This document shows positions 1 to 12,759 of a DNA stretch of 64,000 bases, one piece after another. The stretch is from contig NW_003314362.1 in assembly GCF_000143415.4 (NCBI RefSeq), positions 124,001 to 188,000 on the forward strand, read 5' to 3'. Origin of the DNA: Selaginella moellendorffii. Lineage: Eukaryota; Plantae; Lycopodiophyta. Each line of letters begins with the position of its first letter. The first letter of the stretch is position 1. Below the pieces are notes generated by a model. That model was not told where the DNA came from. It made no database searches and saw only the letters and a list, made by a program, of their open reading frames with translations. Both the position numbers and the translations under genes were made by a program.

Positions 1-1508
1 CAGGAAATGGCTATCCAAGAGACATGGCGAGTGAAAACTACAAAAGTTCCATCTTTCTGCTAGCTAAGCTGCTGCTGCCTGTCCCACTCACTCGCACTTG
101 CGATTGCTTGTGAGAAGCTCTCGCGCGGCAGAGAAAACAGTAAGGAGAACAGCGCTGGAAAACTCGCAGAAACTCGCAGACTTGCAGCAAGAGCAGGACT
201 GTGTTTCTTTGTGGCGAAGGAGTGTGCGAAGAGATTATATAATCTGAAGAGAGAGTGACAACGACTGTGCTCAAGCAGCAAGCAGTGCAGCAGCAGCGGC
301 AGGAATGGGGTGTTGCATTTCTCTCGCTCGACCTTACCTTTCAATCAATCACCACGAGAATCAGAGCAGACACCACCAGGCTTGAAAAGGCACAAGTTTT
401 TTCTTTTTGCCGAAAGGAATCCCGGATTTCTTTTCTCTCTTCCCTGCAGATTTTCTCGTCAGTCAGCTCAGGGAAGAAGGGAAATATAAAAGAAAAGTAT
501 AACCAGAGGGACGAGCGAGGGAGAGAGAGAGAGGAACGAACACTATCAGCCGAAAAGCCCGAGTCTTTGTTCATTCAATGTGGAGCGAAAGTATCTATCT
601 TTTCTGAAGCGAGGGCGATGGGCTACGCGTGGTGGTATGTGTGCATTGCATGCTGGTGCTGAAAATGGCTCGCCTGGAAAGAGACGTGAGTACTCATAGG
701 GAAATGTAAAGGAGAGAAAAAAAACATTTTAGAAGAACCTGAGAAAACAGAAGAACCTCCTGAGACTTGAGTCGTTTGTGAGCGGCGAGCCTCGGTTTCA
801 CTTAGCTCGCTAGCTACTTGGCTCATTTATCGTTGCTCAATTGCTATAGCCGTGCCAAATTGGAGTTTTGGTGGGGTACTCACTCCTTCCCATGGAGCAG
901 CCAAAGACCCTCCTCCCCACAGTGGAAACGGTGAAGCTTTGACAAAAGCTTCGCTCTTTTTCGTTTGAGTTTGTTCCACCACCACGTACCTACATCAGAG
1001 TTTTAAAAAGGATTACGTGCTCTTCACAGCGACAACAAAGAGAGAAGGCGACTTACACGACCTCAGGCGTAAATGGACGATGAATGGCAAATCATACGCC
1101 CGAATCTCGCCGCCTCACTAAATTCCCGATCGCAAGCACGTGGATTTTCTTTGATCTTGAACTTAAAGCGCAAGTTCTTTTCCACATTGTCTGGGAACTT
1201 AGTGATGTATAGTAATGAGCAATAGCAAGAAAAATGAAGCACGGGTTACCTTGGTTACTTTCGTTCACATTTGACACTTGACAAGTGTTATAATCGAGCA
1301 CGCGCAGCGATCGGATTAACACGGCAACACAGCATTGAAACGTTGAAAGTTTTGGAGCGAGATGTACGAAGAGAAGGGACCACTCACTGACTGAATGGAG
1401 AAATGCACCTCATTGTTTGGACAAAGGAAAAAACAAAACAACTCGATTGGCAGCTGCAGAAGAAAGAAACGCTTTTTAAATGCCACTTGAGGCACTTTTA
1501 CTCGCCGA

Positions 1509-2838
1509 TTAAATCCATTGCTCGAGCTCAGCCTTATTTATCATGAAAGAGCTTGCACAGCGGTGACCACCCCCTCCGTAGGACTGTGCACAGGTTAGCA
1601 TTAGTCATTCATAGCAACGCAAACTCAAAGCTTTCCAACCTGAGATATACCCGTTGTGTCATCGTCGATGCTTCGAAGGCTCACTTTCAGAGTGTCTGGA
1701 TCTCCAAGTTCTTCGACTTCATAAACCACTGCACCGATAGGCCTAGAAAAGAAGAGGAACTTAAGGACTCGCTGTTGAAACACGATGAGAACCTTAAGCC
1801 AGCGCGAAGACTTTTCTCCGCAAGCTGATGTCCGAGATCACTTCTAAGCTCCTGTGCATTGTCTGCTCTTACACCCTGTGGAATGAAGCTCGCCGTCCGT
1901 AAGACAATGACTGCGTGAAAAAATAAACTTACAAGAAAACGCCCAAACTTGCCATTTCCAATCTCGATTTCAAAAGAGTTTTCGAGAATAGAGCGTATAA
2001 TTTCTTGATGCACTAACACTCTTTGCTTTCCTCTCTCAAGAACAGAGTCAATATCAAGTTCCAGCAACTGCAAAATGCAGAAACTAAATGTCTTGCCAGA
2101 AAAAAACAGAAAGAACTACCTGGTTGAAAATTGAAGGATTCAGCACGGCATTGTACTCCAGCTTCAAATCCTGGATACCGCTCGAAAATGCCTTGCTCTC
2201 TGGAATGCTCCAGCGCCAAAGGTCGCCATCCTCCACATACTTGTACATCTTTTGCAACTTGTGCTCTCCACTCCAAAGTTCTTGTCACAATAAACGAATG
2301 CCGTCTGTAGAGAAACAAAACTGGCCGAGCCATGGATTTACCTGGAAAACGCTCCGAAAAGTAATCATAAGCAATCGTAGCTCCACTTCGATTCATGTCA
2401 ACGACTGAATGGAGATTTTGTGGTGCACGGTCTTCACTGTGAAGCTTGTGGAGTGCCGTCTTGTGGTGATCCAACACCACAACTCTGGATACATAGAAAT
2501 TCACAAGAGAAGTAAAAAGATAATCGAGAGATCGAGAAATCAATACGCACTCTTTAGCTTTACTGCAAAGATCTGTGACGAAACCGGCAGGACCCACGAA
2601 ATCTAAAAGGTAAAACACGTCGACTTCCTCGACGGGCAGCTCGTCCACCCTGACAACACAAACCAGTGGAAATCAAGAACACGAAATAGGACATCTACAA
2701 CCTGAGTGGACGGTAGACAGCATTTGGAAAGAATCGCGCAGCCTTGCCGATGGCCTGATGATACAGATGCGCTGCCAGTGCCGCAAACACTCCATCCGTG
2801 CAGGGGTAGTGATACAGGATCGCCGCGGGAAGCCGCAT
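1509..2838 (-). CDS. Multi-exon DHH/DHHA1-family phosphoesterase (uncharacterised plant family)
   Basis: Spliced translation: MRLPAAILYHYPCTDGVFAALAAHLY...VFYLLDFVGP...VVVLDHHKTA...DMNRSGATIAYDYF...YVEDGDLWRW...LRSDLGHQLAEKS...LKVSLRS...YGGGGHRCASSF...EQWI*. DG, DF, DHH and GGGH motifs are in canonical order. ATG at 2838-2836, TAA at 1511-1509, short GT-AG introns. One acceptor near 2282-2305 is ambiguous. Confidence 0.88.
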
Positions 2839-2845
2839 TGTCCAT

Positions 2846-2854
2846 AAACCCTAA
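2846..2854. promoter_or_regulatory. Telo-box (AAACCCTAA) immediately upstream of the DHH gene start
   Basis: Exact AAACCCTAA 8 nt upstream of the ATG; a known plant promoter/5'UTR element. Confidence 0.5.
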
Positions 2855-2934
2855 AAACCTGGCTCGAATTTTAGGTTTTTGCTTTAATAAAGTTTTTCCC
2901 GCCAATTGCCACAATTGTTTATTGTTTTAGAATT

Positions 2935-3975
2935 TGAAAGGGAAATTAATATTATTTACAATATATTAATTCAAGTTAATTTATATGTATCTCTTAGTCT
3001 AGATTTAACACCATATTACAGTAATAATTATTATTTTTATTAATTTTTTAACATATTGTAAATTTGTAGTTTTTTATTAATAGATCATCTATTTAGCCTC
3101 TGAAAATTTTATATAAATTAATAATAAAAATTGCATTAAAATGAGTACTTAAATTATTTCTTCTTACAAATCTTTCAAAATATTTCAAACTCTTAATAAT
3201 AAAAAAATAAAATACTTTACACTAGACAGAATATTTAAGTACAAATATGAAATTTTTCTTTATTTAATTTTAAAAGAACAAAAGAATATTATTAACTTTA
3301 ACAAGCATATAAGTAGTTAAATTTTTAAACCAAGTATATAAAATTATCAAGTTCAAAACTAATAAAATTATGACAAACCTTTTTAAAACTAAAAATATTT
3401 TTTATATATACATATATTTTTTTATAAAATATATCATTTTATTTATGTGTCAAGAATTTTTTTTAAGTATTTTTAGTTTAAAATCTTTATTAGTAAACAT
3501 GACAAAAAATTTATATCTGCATCATTAGCACAACTTTTATAAAGGAATTATATATTTAATTTTCAAATAATTATATAATATATCTAACTTTTATTGAGAT
3601 AAGTTATACTTATTATTTCAAATAAAAATTAATAAAAATTTATTTTTTATAAATTAAAAATGTTATAAAAATGTTTAAATGTTAATATTCTTAATGCTCC
3701 ATCACGATGCCACTATTAAAAGCATAAAATAAGTTTGAAGTTAAATATTAACACTAAATTTTATATTTGTCATTAAAACCTTTTTATTTATTTACTTATT
3801 TTGCCAATAAAACATTTTCATCCTGGTCTAATTAACAACTATAAATTGTCTTGTTTGACAAACTCATAAAGTATTTATTTTAAAAAATAACATATAAACA
3901 AAATCTAACTATTTTGTTTAAAATGTTAAAAATAATTATCATATTTGAATATTAAAATCAATTGTCACACTTTGA
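2935..3975. other. Extremely AT-rich intergenic block
   Basis: About 1 kb of almost pure A/T runs with no ORFs, sharply bounded by GC-richer genic DNA. Confidence 0.7.
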
Positions 3976-4571
3976 TGAATGAAACTACCTTGTTGCTCCC
4001 AATCTTGTTCTGCATAGCACAAAAAGATCAAGCCAATCAATAAAACAAGAATAAGAGTGTTTTTTCTTCTTACCACATACTTATCTTCAACTTAGAACAG
4101 CGATCCAGCAAGTTCTTCCCTCACAAACCTTTGGTGTGAGCGTGTCTATGTTCATCCAGGATATCCCAAGCCATCGGTCGGCCAACTCTGCTTAGAGAAC
4201 ACGAAAGAGAGAAGAAATGTGTTCTTTTCCATTCTGTTTAGCGGCAGAGCGGACGGCTGGGATGGCAGCTGAGCCGGCTGGCAAGCGTCGCGGGAACGAA
4301 CTCAAACCGTCCACAGAGGAACAGATTTTGTAGGGTTTGCGCCTGGATTCCACCGGGGCTACGCTGGCGGCCGCGAGGTAGTGTGATCGCGAGTGACAGA
4401 GTGGATTGGATCGATGTGGAGGAGGAGGACGATCGCGCGGGGAGAATGCCGGCGCTGCCACGGGATTGCCGGCACAGGAATCGGGAGCTTGTGTGGGGCG
4501 AGGTGACCTTAGAGGGATTGATGGATGGATCTGCAGATCGCCTCGTTCTAGGGCGTGGGATTTGCTAGAGG

Positions 4572-7423
4572 ATGGGGGCGAACAAAGGGCGAAGGGCGAA
4601 GAATCTGTTTAGAAGCTACTATGTGGCATTCGACAAGGCCGCGACCGATCAACCCGAAGTGGTCGAGAAGCACGTCTTTTACAATCGCGAGAAGGGGATC
4701 CAAAAGACAGTGTACTGTCCTGGAGTTTCGGACAAGAGCATGGTCACTATTCCCGAAGGCAAGGAAAACCAGCGCCAAGAACAGCAAGAAGCCAGTGCTG
4801 CTGTTACTGCCACCGTCCCCGCCGCTGCTCGAGGTGAAAGCCAAGATCACGATCAGATGAAAGCGGACGTGCAAGCTTTTGGCAGCTGCGAGCAAAGAAG
4901 TGATGCAGCGGCCCAAGCTGATCTTTCTGATGCTCCAGAGACCGGTGACTCGTCTTTGGATCATCCTGGACCGGGCAATGCTCCTTCTTCGCAGGAGAGC
5001 GATCGTGCTGATGCTGCGTCGGCTTTCCAGCGATGGCGTCAGTTCCATCTCCAGGTATTCACTCTGTCATCTTTCAAGGTTCTCAATCTCTATACTTCCT
5101 GCTCTTTTGCAGAGAACTTTCAACCAAGAGCTACGAAGAGTGAATGAAGTCACTCGCAAGGACGAAGCCAGCATGGCCATGGTTGAGCAGGAACGAGCTC
5201 AACGGGAGAAAGGATTAGCTCACGCTCTGGCTGAATCGGCTTCATTGCGTGCGCAGCTCTCAGCTAAAGAACAAGAAATTCAAGCGCTTCAGACTCAAGC
5301 TCGCATGCCTGTAAGTTGTGATAGAAGTTTTTTCGTTGAGAAAAGTGCTGATCGTCTTGACTAGCTTTGATGCCTCAGCGTCGGAAGCAAAGAAGAGCCG
5401 AATATGATCAAGGCGAGCCATCGTCTCAAAGGAGGCCACACAGGTCTCGAAGTGAAGAGGTTGGTATGTCTTTGCACTCTCCTTGTTTGAGATGTTCTAA
5501 GATCTTTGTCTCTCCTTTTTCAATAGGACCTGGTGTGGATAAACCAGCCAAACGTCCAGCGCCAGAATCAAGAGTTTGCGCTTCTGGCACAAAGCTTGCG
5601 AAACATAGTGAGTGAGGTTGCGAACTTGGAGAACAAGGCTGGTACTACGATCTCGTTCTCGGAGGTCTACGAAGCATTTCGAAACATCGAGGAGAATATT
5701 GACTCGAGGCTGAAAGGAAACATTAGAAGACAAGCTCCAGAATTACGTCCGTATGTAGAGACTAGTCCCTCGGAGTTTTCAAAGAGAGGCCATCACGTTC
5801 GACCACCACCTTCTCGAGAAGAAGAGCACCGGAAGAGGTTCGCGAGAGAATGGTCATCGCAACAACAGCACGGTCGTAGAAACAATATAGAAATGGTTTC
5901 GGCGTCCCACGGAGGCGATCCATCGATTTTTGAGAAAGTTGGCAAGGCAGTGGTGTGGAAATGGCGCTGGGCACTAGCAGTCTCCAAGTCGAAAACACTG
6001 TCGAGGCATCTGAAAAGCTTGAAGTCCCTCTATAAAGCCCAGCTTGCTCGAAACATCAACGCGGAGGCGACATCGTCGAGCACTTCAGTCCAAGAGATCA
6101 CGTTTCTGGGCTCCATGGAGAAGACACTCATGTCAACTTTGCCGAGCTACAGCATCGTCTCGTTCGTCGTGTCACTCTGGCGGGCCTACACAGGTTGCAC
6201 CAAGACTCAGAAGGTTTTCCTCTCGAGATTGATTCCCATCGACAGGATCATGGCCGGATTCCCGCTGTGGATCGAGAAAATGGGAGACAAGCAGGTCCTC
6301 GAGTACTTCTTCTCGCTCTGGCAGTTTGTGGCCTCGAGGCGGTCAGGAAAACGTCCACGAAGCAGCCAGTCACCGAGACGGTCACCGAGACGTAGTAGAC
6401 ATCACCTTCACCACGATCCAGGCCCTTCGATATACGAGTCTTTCCATCACTGCTGCCATCCAAACTCACAAAGCGAGACCAACAAGACATGCAGTCCTCA
6501 CAGGGCAAGGTCCCCGAGACAGGGCCATGATCACAGCAAGAGAAGGCCAGCCACTACTGCTGCTCACAGGCTTCGTGTTCCTCCAAGAGCTCAGTCCAAA
6601 GAGCCAAACGAGCTGATGCAGGAGGAGGAGAACGCTGTGGGCGTGGTAGCAGCGAGCGAAAGAACTCCAGCTCCACCAGCCACTGCTCCAGCGGTGGTGG
6701 AATGCGCCTCCAACAACGAAGCTGGTCCTCTGTCGAGTTTTGAGTCGTTTGGCGCGACCGAGATGTTTCCAGGCTCTGTTCCGTCAAGCATACCCCTCAC
6801 CGGACAAACTTTCTCAGCGCAAGCTTTGCGGAGACTACAGGTACGTGAAGAATTCCTTCTTGTTTCAGTCTCTTTTGTTTTCTCTTGCACAGATGCAGCT
6901 CCAACACGAGCTCCAAGACATGCAGCCGCTGTTGTCCAGAGCTACAAAAGCCATCCAAAACCAGGTTTGAGATTTCGTTGGTAGTTAAGTTTCCATTCCA
7001 GCTGATCCGTGAGAAAACAACCAGGCCGTGGTGGATCAAAGTCCCAAGTCTGCGAACTCGATTGCTTCGCTGTGGAAGGTTTGCAGCACGTTCGAGTACG
7101 CACTGACGGAAGCTCGCAACCAGATGCTGTCCATAATCCATGAGTCCGCGCGTGGATATCACAACGGCGCCCTGGAGATGGAGGATGCGGACAGATTTCT
7201 TCCCGAGGGCGTGATCCCAGTTTTCGGCGAGGTGGTGCTTCCAGAAGCCATGGAGAACTCTTCCAGGAAGTCGTGTGGCTTTCCCAACGTTTTCAGCCTC
7301 ATCTCCAAGACGTCGGGGCTCCAACAGTTGCGGAGGAAGTCGTGCCTCGCGGCCCAGTATGCTGTTGGCTTGAATCACAAGCTCCAGAATCTCAAGGACC
7401 AGCCCAAGGCTTGGCAGACGTAG
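4572..7423 (+). CDS. Hypothetical ~850 aa protein with coiled-coil and Arg/Ser-rich segments; no recognised domain
   Basis: Exons 4572-5054, 5113-5310, 5379-5459, 5527-6840, 6893-6964 and 7025-7423 join in frame via phase-0 GT-AG introns of 52-68 bp and end in TAG. The true start may lie upstream. Confidence 0.65.
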
Positions 7424-7978
7424 ACAAGCAGCGTCCGTATTGCCAAAAGCTCCTTTTCTTGTATCATACTTTGTGCTTCCTCCCAAGTTTCAATCTGACT
7501 TCTTCGCCAGCATTCTTGCGAAGCCACTCTCTCTTCGAGTGTTTCTTCTTGTTTCGATTGATCGCTGTGCTGTGACAACAAAATCTATGATGGTTTATTT
7601 TGCTATAATTTCTCAAGGTGACACAACTAACACATCATCAAGCGGCCTTTCGATCCAAATTAAACGAGCTTACGCTCAATCCAAGCCAGCTGGGCTCATG
7701 ACAAACTACTGAACTTAATGATGGCGAATCATTTTCGCTTACTGTCAAAGCGTACTTCACGATCCCCAATTCATTGAGGTGAACCAGATCAACATCGATG
7801 TTGTGGACTCAACCAGGTCGTCAACTCACGAGCAGTCACTCCCACCATCCACTTCCTTCCAAACAGGTAACCTAAGAAACCGCTGAAGCTGCATTTGTTT
7901 GTGAAGAACTGCAAATTTGAGTGAAAGAAGAGTCTGGAGAGCACACCTTACACAAAGCTAGAGAACGAAGCGCAGGCG

Positions 7979-8413
7979 GTGTTGGAGGCCAACGCTCGAA
8001 CAATCTCTGGACACAGCGTTCCAAGGCACCTACTAAACTCTTCGCCAGATCGAGAAGTTCCTTTGTACGTGGCATGGGAGCTCTGGGATGATCTGGTGCT
8101 CGAAATCTTGTCTCGCCCCAAGCCAGAAGATATCATCCTTAAAGCCGGGCGCCTCTGCAAGCCATGGCATCGCCTTGCACGCTCCCAGGAACTCAGGGAG
8201 CTTGTGGCTCGCAAAACTGCCGGAGATGCAGATCCATGGGTTGTGCTACGCTTGCTCTTGTATCCTTCAGTGGCAGCTCTGGCAGGGAGCTTGATCATGG
8301 CTCCTTCTCCGTCGGTCCGCTTCGCAGGGACACAGGTTTCTTTTCCTGGCGTGTTCGCTGGGGCTTGTGTGTCATATTTGAGGGGTTCATCCTGGATTAT
8401 CATTCGAAGTTGA
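7979..8413 (+). CDS. Short F-box domain protein (possibly truncated)
   Basis: ELWDDLVLEILSRPKPEDIILKAGRLCKPWHRLARSQEL fits the F-box pattern (L..D.l.eIlsrL...d.......vCk.W..l). Start codon uncertain. Confidence 0.6.
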   Translation: MLEANARTISGHSVPRHLLNSSPDREVPLYVAWELWDDLVLEILSRPKPEDIILKAGRLCKPWHRLARSQELRELVARKTAGDADPWVVLRLLLYPSVAALAGSLIMAPSPSVRFAGTQVSFPGVFAGACVSYLRGSSWIIIRS

Positions 8414-8872
8414 ACATTTATCTCCAAACACAGGTTTGAACACGGGTTATATCGCGCCTGTCAATGAAAAGATTAGGAAAAGGATGGATTTAACCATTGC
8501 GTTCCTTCTACGCTCTCTGTGCCATGACACCTGACCAAATTTTGTTTGGTCAGAAACAATTGGCCCAGGAAAACGAGGAGGTTGGTGCGGAAGAAGAAGA
8601 CGAAACAAAGTATGGATCAAAGTCAATGGGCTTTGACCAGGCCGCTGGACGGAGACCGCATTTTGGCAGAGCAGCCTCGCTGCAAATCCCCACTGGATGG
8701 CTCCCCTTCGTCAAGACTCAAGATGAATTTCTCCCTCCCATTCTTGCAATTAAGGCTCTCCCAGATTCAGCAGCAGCTCGTTTGCTGTAGGAACCAGGCC
8801 TGCATTTGACGCTTCGGAGATTCGAGCAGTCAAGAATTTTCCGGCCGTCTTCCCTGTTCCATTCTCAATGGA

Positions 8873-9373
8873 ATGGCGACCGGATTTGATTTAAAACTTT
8901 CCACCATCACCAGGCAAGGCCTTCGCTACTTTTTTATTTCAATTAGAACTTTGCACCTTCCCATTATCTATCGGTTCCTCGCTAGTCTCGTCATGGAAAT
9001 GTATGTAGGGAGTTTTCCACAAGATGACAGGTCGATCCTTGACTGGAACTGGAGAGATGTGGTGAGCTCTCAGGTAGGATGGACAAGAGCAAGTGTTCCC
9101 CCAAATGAGCTCCTTTTCTCTGGCGCAGCAACGGCGGCTGCTCCTGCTTCTACTGCGGCCGCGATCAGCGCGGGCTGTGAGCAGCCCTGCGCTAAATCAC
9201 CTGCCATTGAACCTTTCGGATTTGGCAAACCAAAAAGAGTTTCTTGGGGTGATCTGGTGCTCGCCATCTTGTCTCGCCTCAACCCAGCAGATATCATCCT
9301 CAATTCCTGGCGCGTCTCCAAGCAATGGCATCGCTCTGCACGCTTGCAAAAGCTCAGGGAAGCTGTGGGATAA
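8873..9373 (+). pseudogene. F-box paralogue, stop immediately after the F-box
   Basis: WGDLVLAILSRLNPADIILNSWRVSKQWHRSARLQKLREAVG*. DNA at 9245-9368 is clearly homologous to 8084-8206. Confidence 0.6.
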
Positions 9374-10777
9374 CATTCGAAGATTGCTGTCGGGAACTGG
9401 AGTTTCAGCGAGAATTGGATCGGCTTTAGAGGAAGAAGGTTCCCACATATCTGCCTAATCCTCGTCATGGGAACAAAGTTTCTTCTGTGTATCTTCTCGG
9501 CAAACACTTAGATGCCTGCAGCTCTCGGTTCAGAGTGGATCCGGCAAAGAAGCTTCCACAAGATGAATCTCGCCAGATCGTTGGTCCGAGTAGGTCATTG
9601 GCAGTCTTAGGCATGGCGCTTTGATCGTGTGTTGGTTGGATTGCGGTGTGGTGATGGTAAGAGCGTGCCCCCAATGTGCAAAGTTCAAATCAAAGTAAAT
9701 AAGTAAAGAAGAAAAAAAAAACTTTATCTTGTTTCGCCATTGCTCCTGGAAGATTTGAAATCTTGCTGATGTGATCGATCAGTGCCAAGTCTGCCTCAAA
9801 ATTGGACACCCCTATTCAAGAACATAGAAGCAGAATGATTGTGAAACAGAAACATTGTGCATTGCAAGTCATGCCCTCAGTATCCCTGATCTGTCCAATG
9901 ATCAATTGCAAGGATGACTTATAACAGAAGATCTTTTCTTCCAAAAAGTTAAACCATCCTTAGAGGGGTAAATGAGAATATATTTAAGATATTCTTGAAT
10001 ATTTTGGCAACTGCCTATATTAATGTATGGCATTATAGATATACACTTCAACCTTACGTTATCCCTTCCTCTCAAAAGGATGGAAAGTAATTAGGGTTCT
10101 ATGGCTGATGAGCTAGGATTTGGAAGAATTTTTGGTGATCTAGATGTGGTATTACTTATTCTTGATCCTTTTGTATAAAGCATTTTAGCCATTACATATA
10201 CAGAATTTTTGAAGGATTGGTTTGTTGAATGTTTTGTTAAATTTCATAAACTTGTGGTCTAACTTGTCATAACACTTGATATGGTCCTTTCTATTGAGCA
10301 AGGAGCCCCTTACACAAATCATGTACCGTAAGATTGGGAAAATAAATTAACACTAAGTCATTTACTTTATACTTTGTTGGTGGACAATGATGAGAGTTAT
10401 ACTGCCATTATTGTCCCATTTGTACTTGACCCAAGTGTTTGCAGTTACAAATGCACTACCAAGAGCACTATTGTGAATATTATCATTAATTGACATGGTG
10501 ATGAGAAACTTATATTGTTGACTTGTATTTGTTAATGTTGAGAACCCTCATGATATTAAGCTTGGTCCCTTAATACTTACTAAATGATAACTTACCATGT
10601 CTGTTATCATGCTCTATATGTTAGTTTCATTTGGTCTTATGGTTATTTATGGAATATGTCTAGATTTGTTAATTTAACATATCTATGGAATGTAGAAATT
10701 GTCCTAAACACATAATGTTGGCAAATTCACAATTTAGTGCCATTCCATATTTAGTAAATTCCAACTCTTGGTACTAA

Positions 10778-11275
10778 AGGTGAAAGCCCAAAGTGCACGT
10801 TTCTCAAAGGGGGAGAGGGGGTATAGAGGGTTCTAAATATATAATAGGAATAATGGATAGGTTGGGCATGGTTGACCAACCTAAAATATAGTTTGACTCC
10901 CACTTGTGTGCTTATCCTTATTTTACATTCAACTTGGGTCTAAACCCAAATTCCAAACCATGTTAGTTGGTGGAGTATTTATATCCTTGCGTTAAGGCAT
11001 TAGTATGCTGAAATTGTGTTAAAACTTTGTTTAACTCCATTTTGCGTATTAATTCTGACATTAGTATGATACATGCTCTATGACTGTTTTAATATCACCC
11101 CATGCTCTTATCTCTTCACTCTTTAGGCTAAACACTCAAGAGTTACTCTATGCTCCAGTTCCTTCGCTCCTTGATTGCAAGTTTAGGAGTTTGGCTTTAT
11201 TCTTTCATTTAGTAGCCCAAGGCTCTAAAACTCAAGTTTCACTTTACTGTCTTTGGACATGTGACACATGGAGGG
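10778..11275 (+). mobile_element. Old degenerate LTR relic related to the large-LTR family at 15718-28868 and 41578-49026
   Basis: Collinear patches (ggtgaaagcccaaag; cttgcgttaaggc...gaaattgtgt; ggacatgtg) match the reverse complement of that family's LTR. Boundaries approximate. Confidence 0.35.
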
Positions 11276-11544
11276 TTTATGTTCCATTTCGTGGTTATTC
11301 TATAGTAAATCACTATAGAATAAAGGGTGAAAACCATATGCATTACATTTGGTATTAGAGGATATGTCTCAACAAGTACTATCTAATGAGATTGGGCAAT
11401 TAATCTTATTATATATATAGAGATGAAAATGATGATCTAAGTGGGTGCACGTTTGGGTGCTAAAACTTTGCATTTATTCTTTGGATATGGATTTTGGTTA
11501 CCTTTTTATACCATATTATGTGAGCTTGTGTTTAGGCTCATAGG

Positions 11545-11739
11545 TGTAAGCAACCAAAGGGAATGACTCGAGAAACGATCCATTGGGGTTCAAATATAGA
11601 GGGAAAAGGCCCATAAACAAGAGTGCACCCCCTTTTCCAATCGGTTAAGGGTCTTGGGATACTTGGGGTTAAGTGTCCTTGGGTTTGAATAGTATTGAGC
11701 TGGGTGACTTCCTGAGAAGTCCAAATTCAGGAGTTTACA
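11545..11739 (+). mobile_element. Solo LTR of a 5S rRNA-carrying (Cassandra-like) TRIM
   Basis: TGTAAGC...TTTACA, 195 bp; flanks ATAGG/TTAGG (5 bp TSD, 1 mismatch). 11666-11722 matches the 5S rRNA A-box to C-box segment. Confidence 0.8.
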
Positions 11740-11859
11740 TTAGGATGGATTAAGATGTATTGTTTACACGAGTTTGCACTTGGGCTTGTAAGTGAGATAT
11801 ATTAGCAACTTAAGTTATACTTTGAGTTGGCAAATGTAAGCTCCAAGCCCAAGTTGAGT

Positions 11860-12759
11860 TGGCCAGATCAGTTGCCTCGGAATCAAGCTTTTCTTGAACG
11901 TCCTTACTCAAATGCAATCCCAACTCCACCGCTGTTCGAGGATGCCTTCCAAACATCGCAAAGTAAGGACTTAGCTTGGTTCCACTGTGTTGGCTATTGT
12001 TGTAAGCAAATTGCACCAACGGAAGATATAGATCCCACTGTCCTTGCCTTTGACCAATGCTACAACGTAGCATATCCTCCACCATCTGATTCACACGCTC
12101 AGTTTGCCCATCCGTCTGAGGATGATCTCCACTCGAGAGTTTCAAAGTCACTTGCATAGCCTTTGCAAAGCTTTTCCAAAATCCACTGGTGAACTTTGAA
12201 TCTCGATCACTAATGATGTCTTCCGGCAAACCAAAATCAGGAAAAACCTTCTCCAAGTAAACCGCAGCCAAGTCGGAGGCAGTGACAGTCTTCCGAAGAG
12301 CCAACAACCGCACATACTTCGTCAACCGATCTACTATGACCCATACTTGCTCCTTTTGCCTCTGTGTTCGTGGCAAACAAGTGATGAAGTCCATAGAGAT
12401 ACTACACCAACGGCTCTGAGGAATAGGTAAAGGTTGCAAAAGTCCCCCCGGCTTCTCCCGTGGCACCTTAACCCGCTGACAAAGCTCGCATGATTTACAA
12501 TACTTGAGGATATCAGCCTTCATATTCCTCCAATAAAAGTTGCGCTTAATCAACTCATACGTCTTCTTCCCCCCAAAATGACCAGCCTCTGGACGATCAT
12601 GATAGTGGAATAAAACTTGAGTAATTAATGCATCCACCCGTGGCAAATAGACACGGCCATTGTAGTAGAGAATCCCATCCACCAATGAGAAAGGAGCTTC
12701 CATTTGGTCTTGCAAAGAGGCCACCTCAGCATCCTGAGCTTGATACCAATGTTATGATC
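11860..12759 (-). mobile_element. Inverted duplicate of the Gypsy integrase region joined directly to an inverted LTR end and PBS
   Basis: 11860-12739 is the near-identical reverse complement of 29167-30047 (HHCC zinc finger and DDE core, open frame 12724-11810). 12741-12759 is the reverse complement of 12894-12912 (LTR 3' end plus TGGTATCA). Confidence 0.9.

Noticed and set aside
1-830. Possible 5' leader of a minus-strand gene beyond the left edge (CT-rich tract, donor near 337, acceptor near 38, short uORFs)
   Set aside because: No main ORF in the window and no match to any conserved uORF or miRNA that I recognise.
2935-3975. AT-rich block as a MITE or Helitron
   Set aside because: No terminal inverted repeats, TSD or Helitron termini could be identified.
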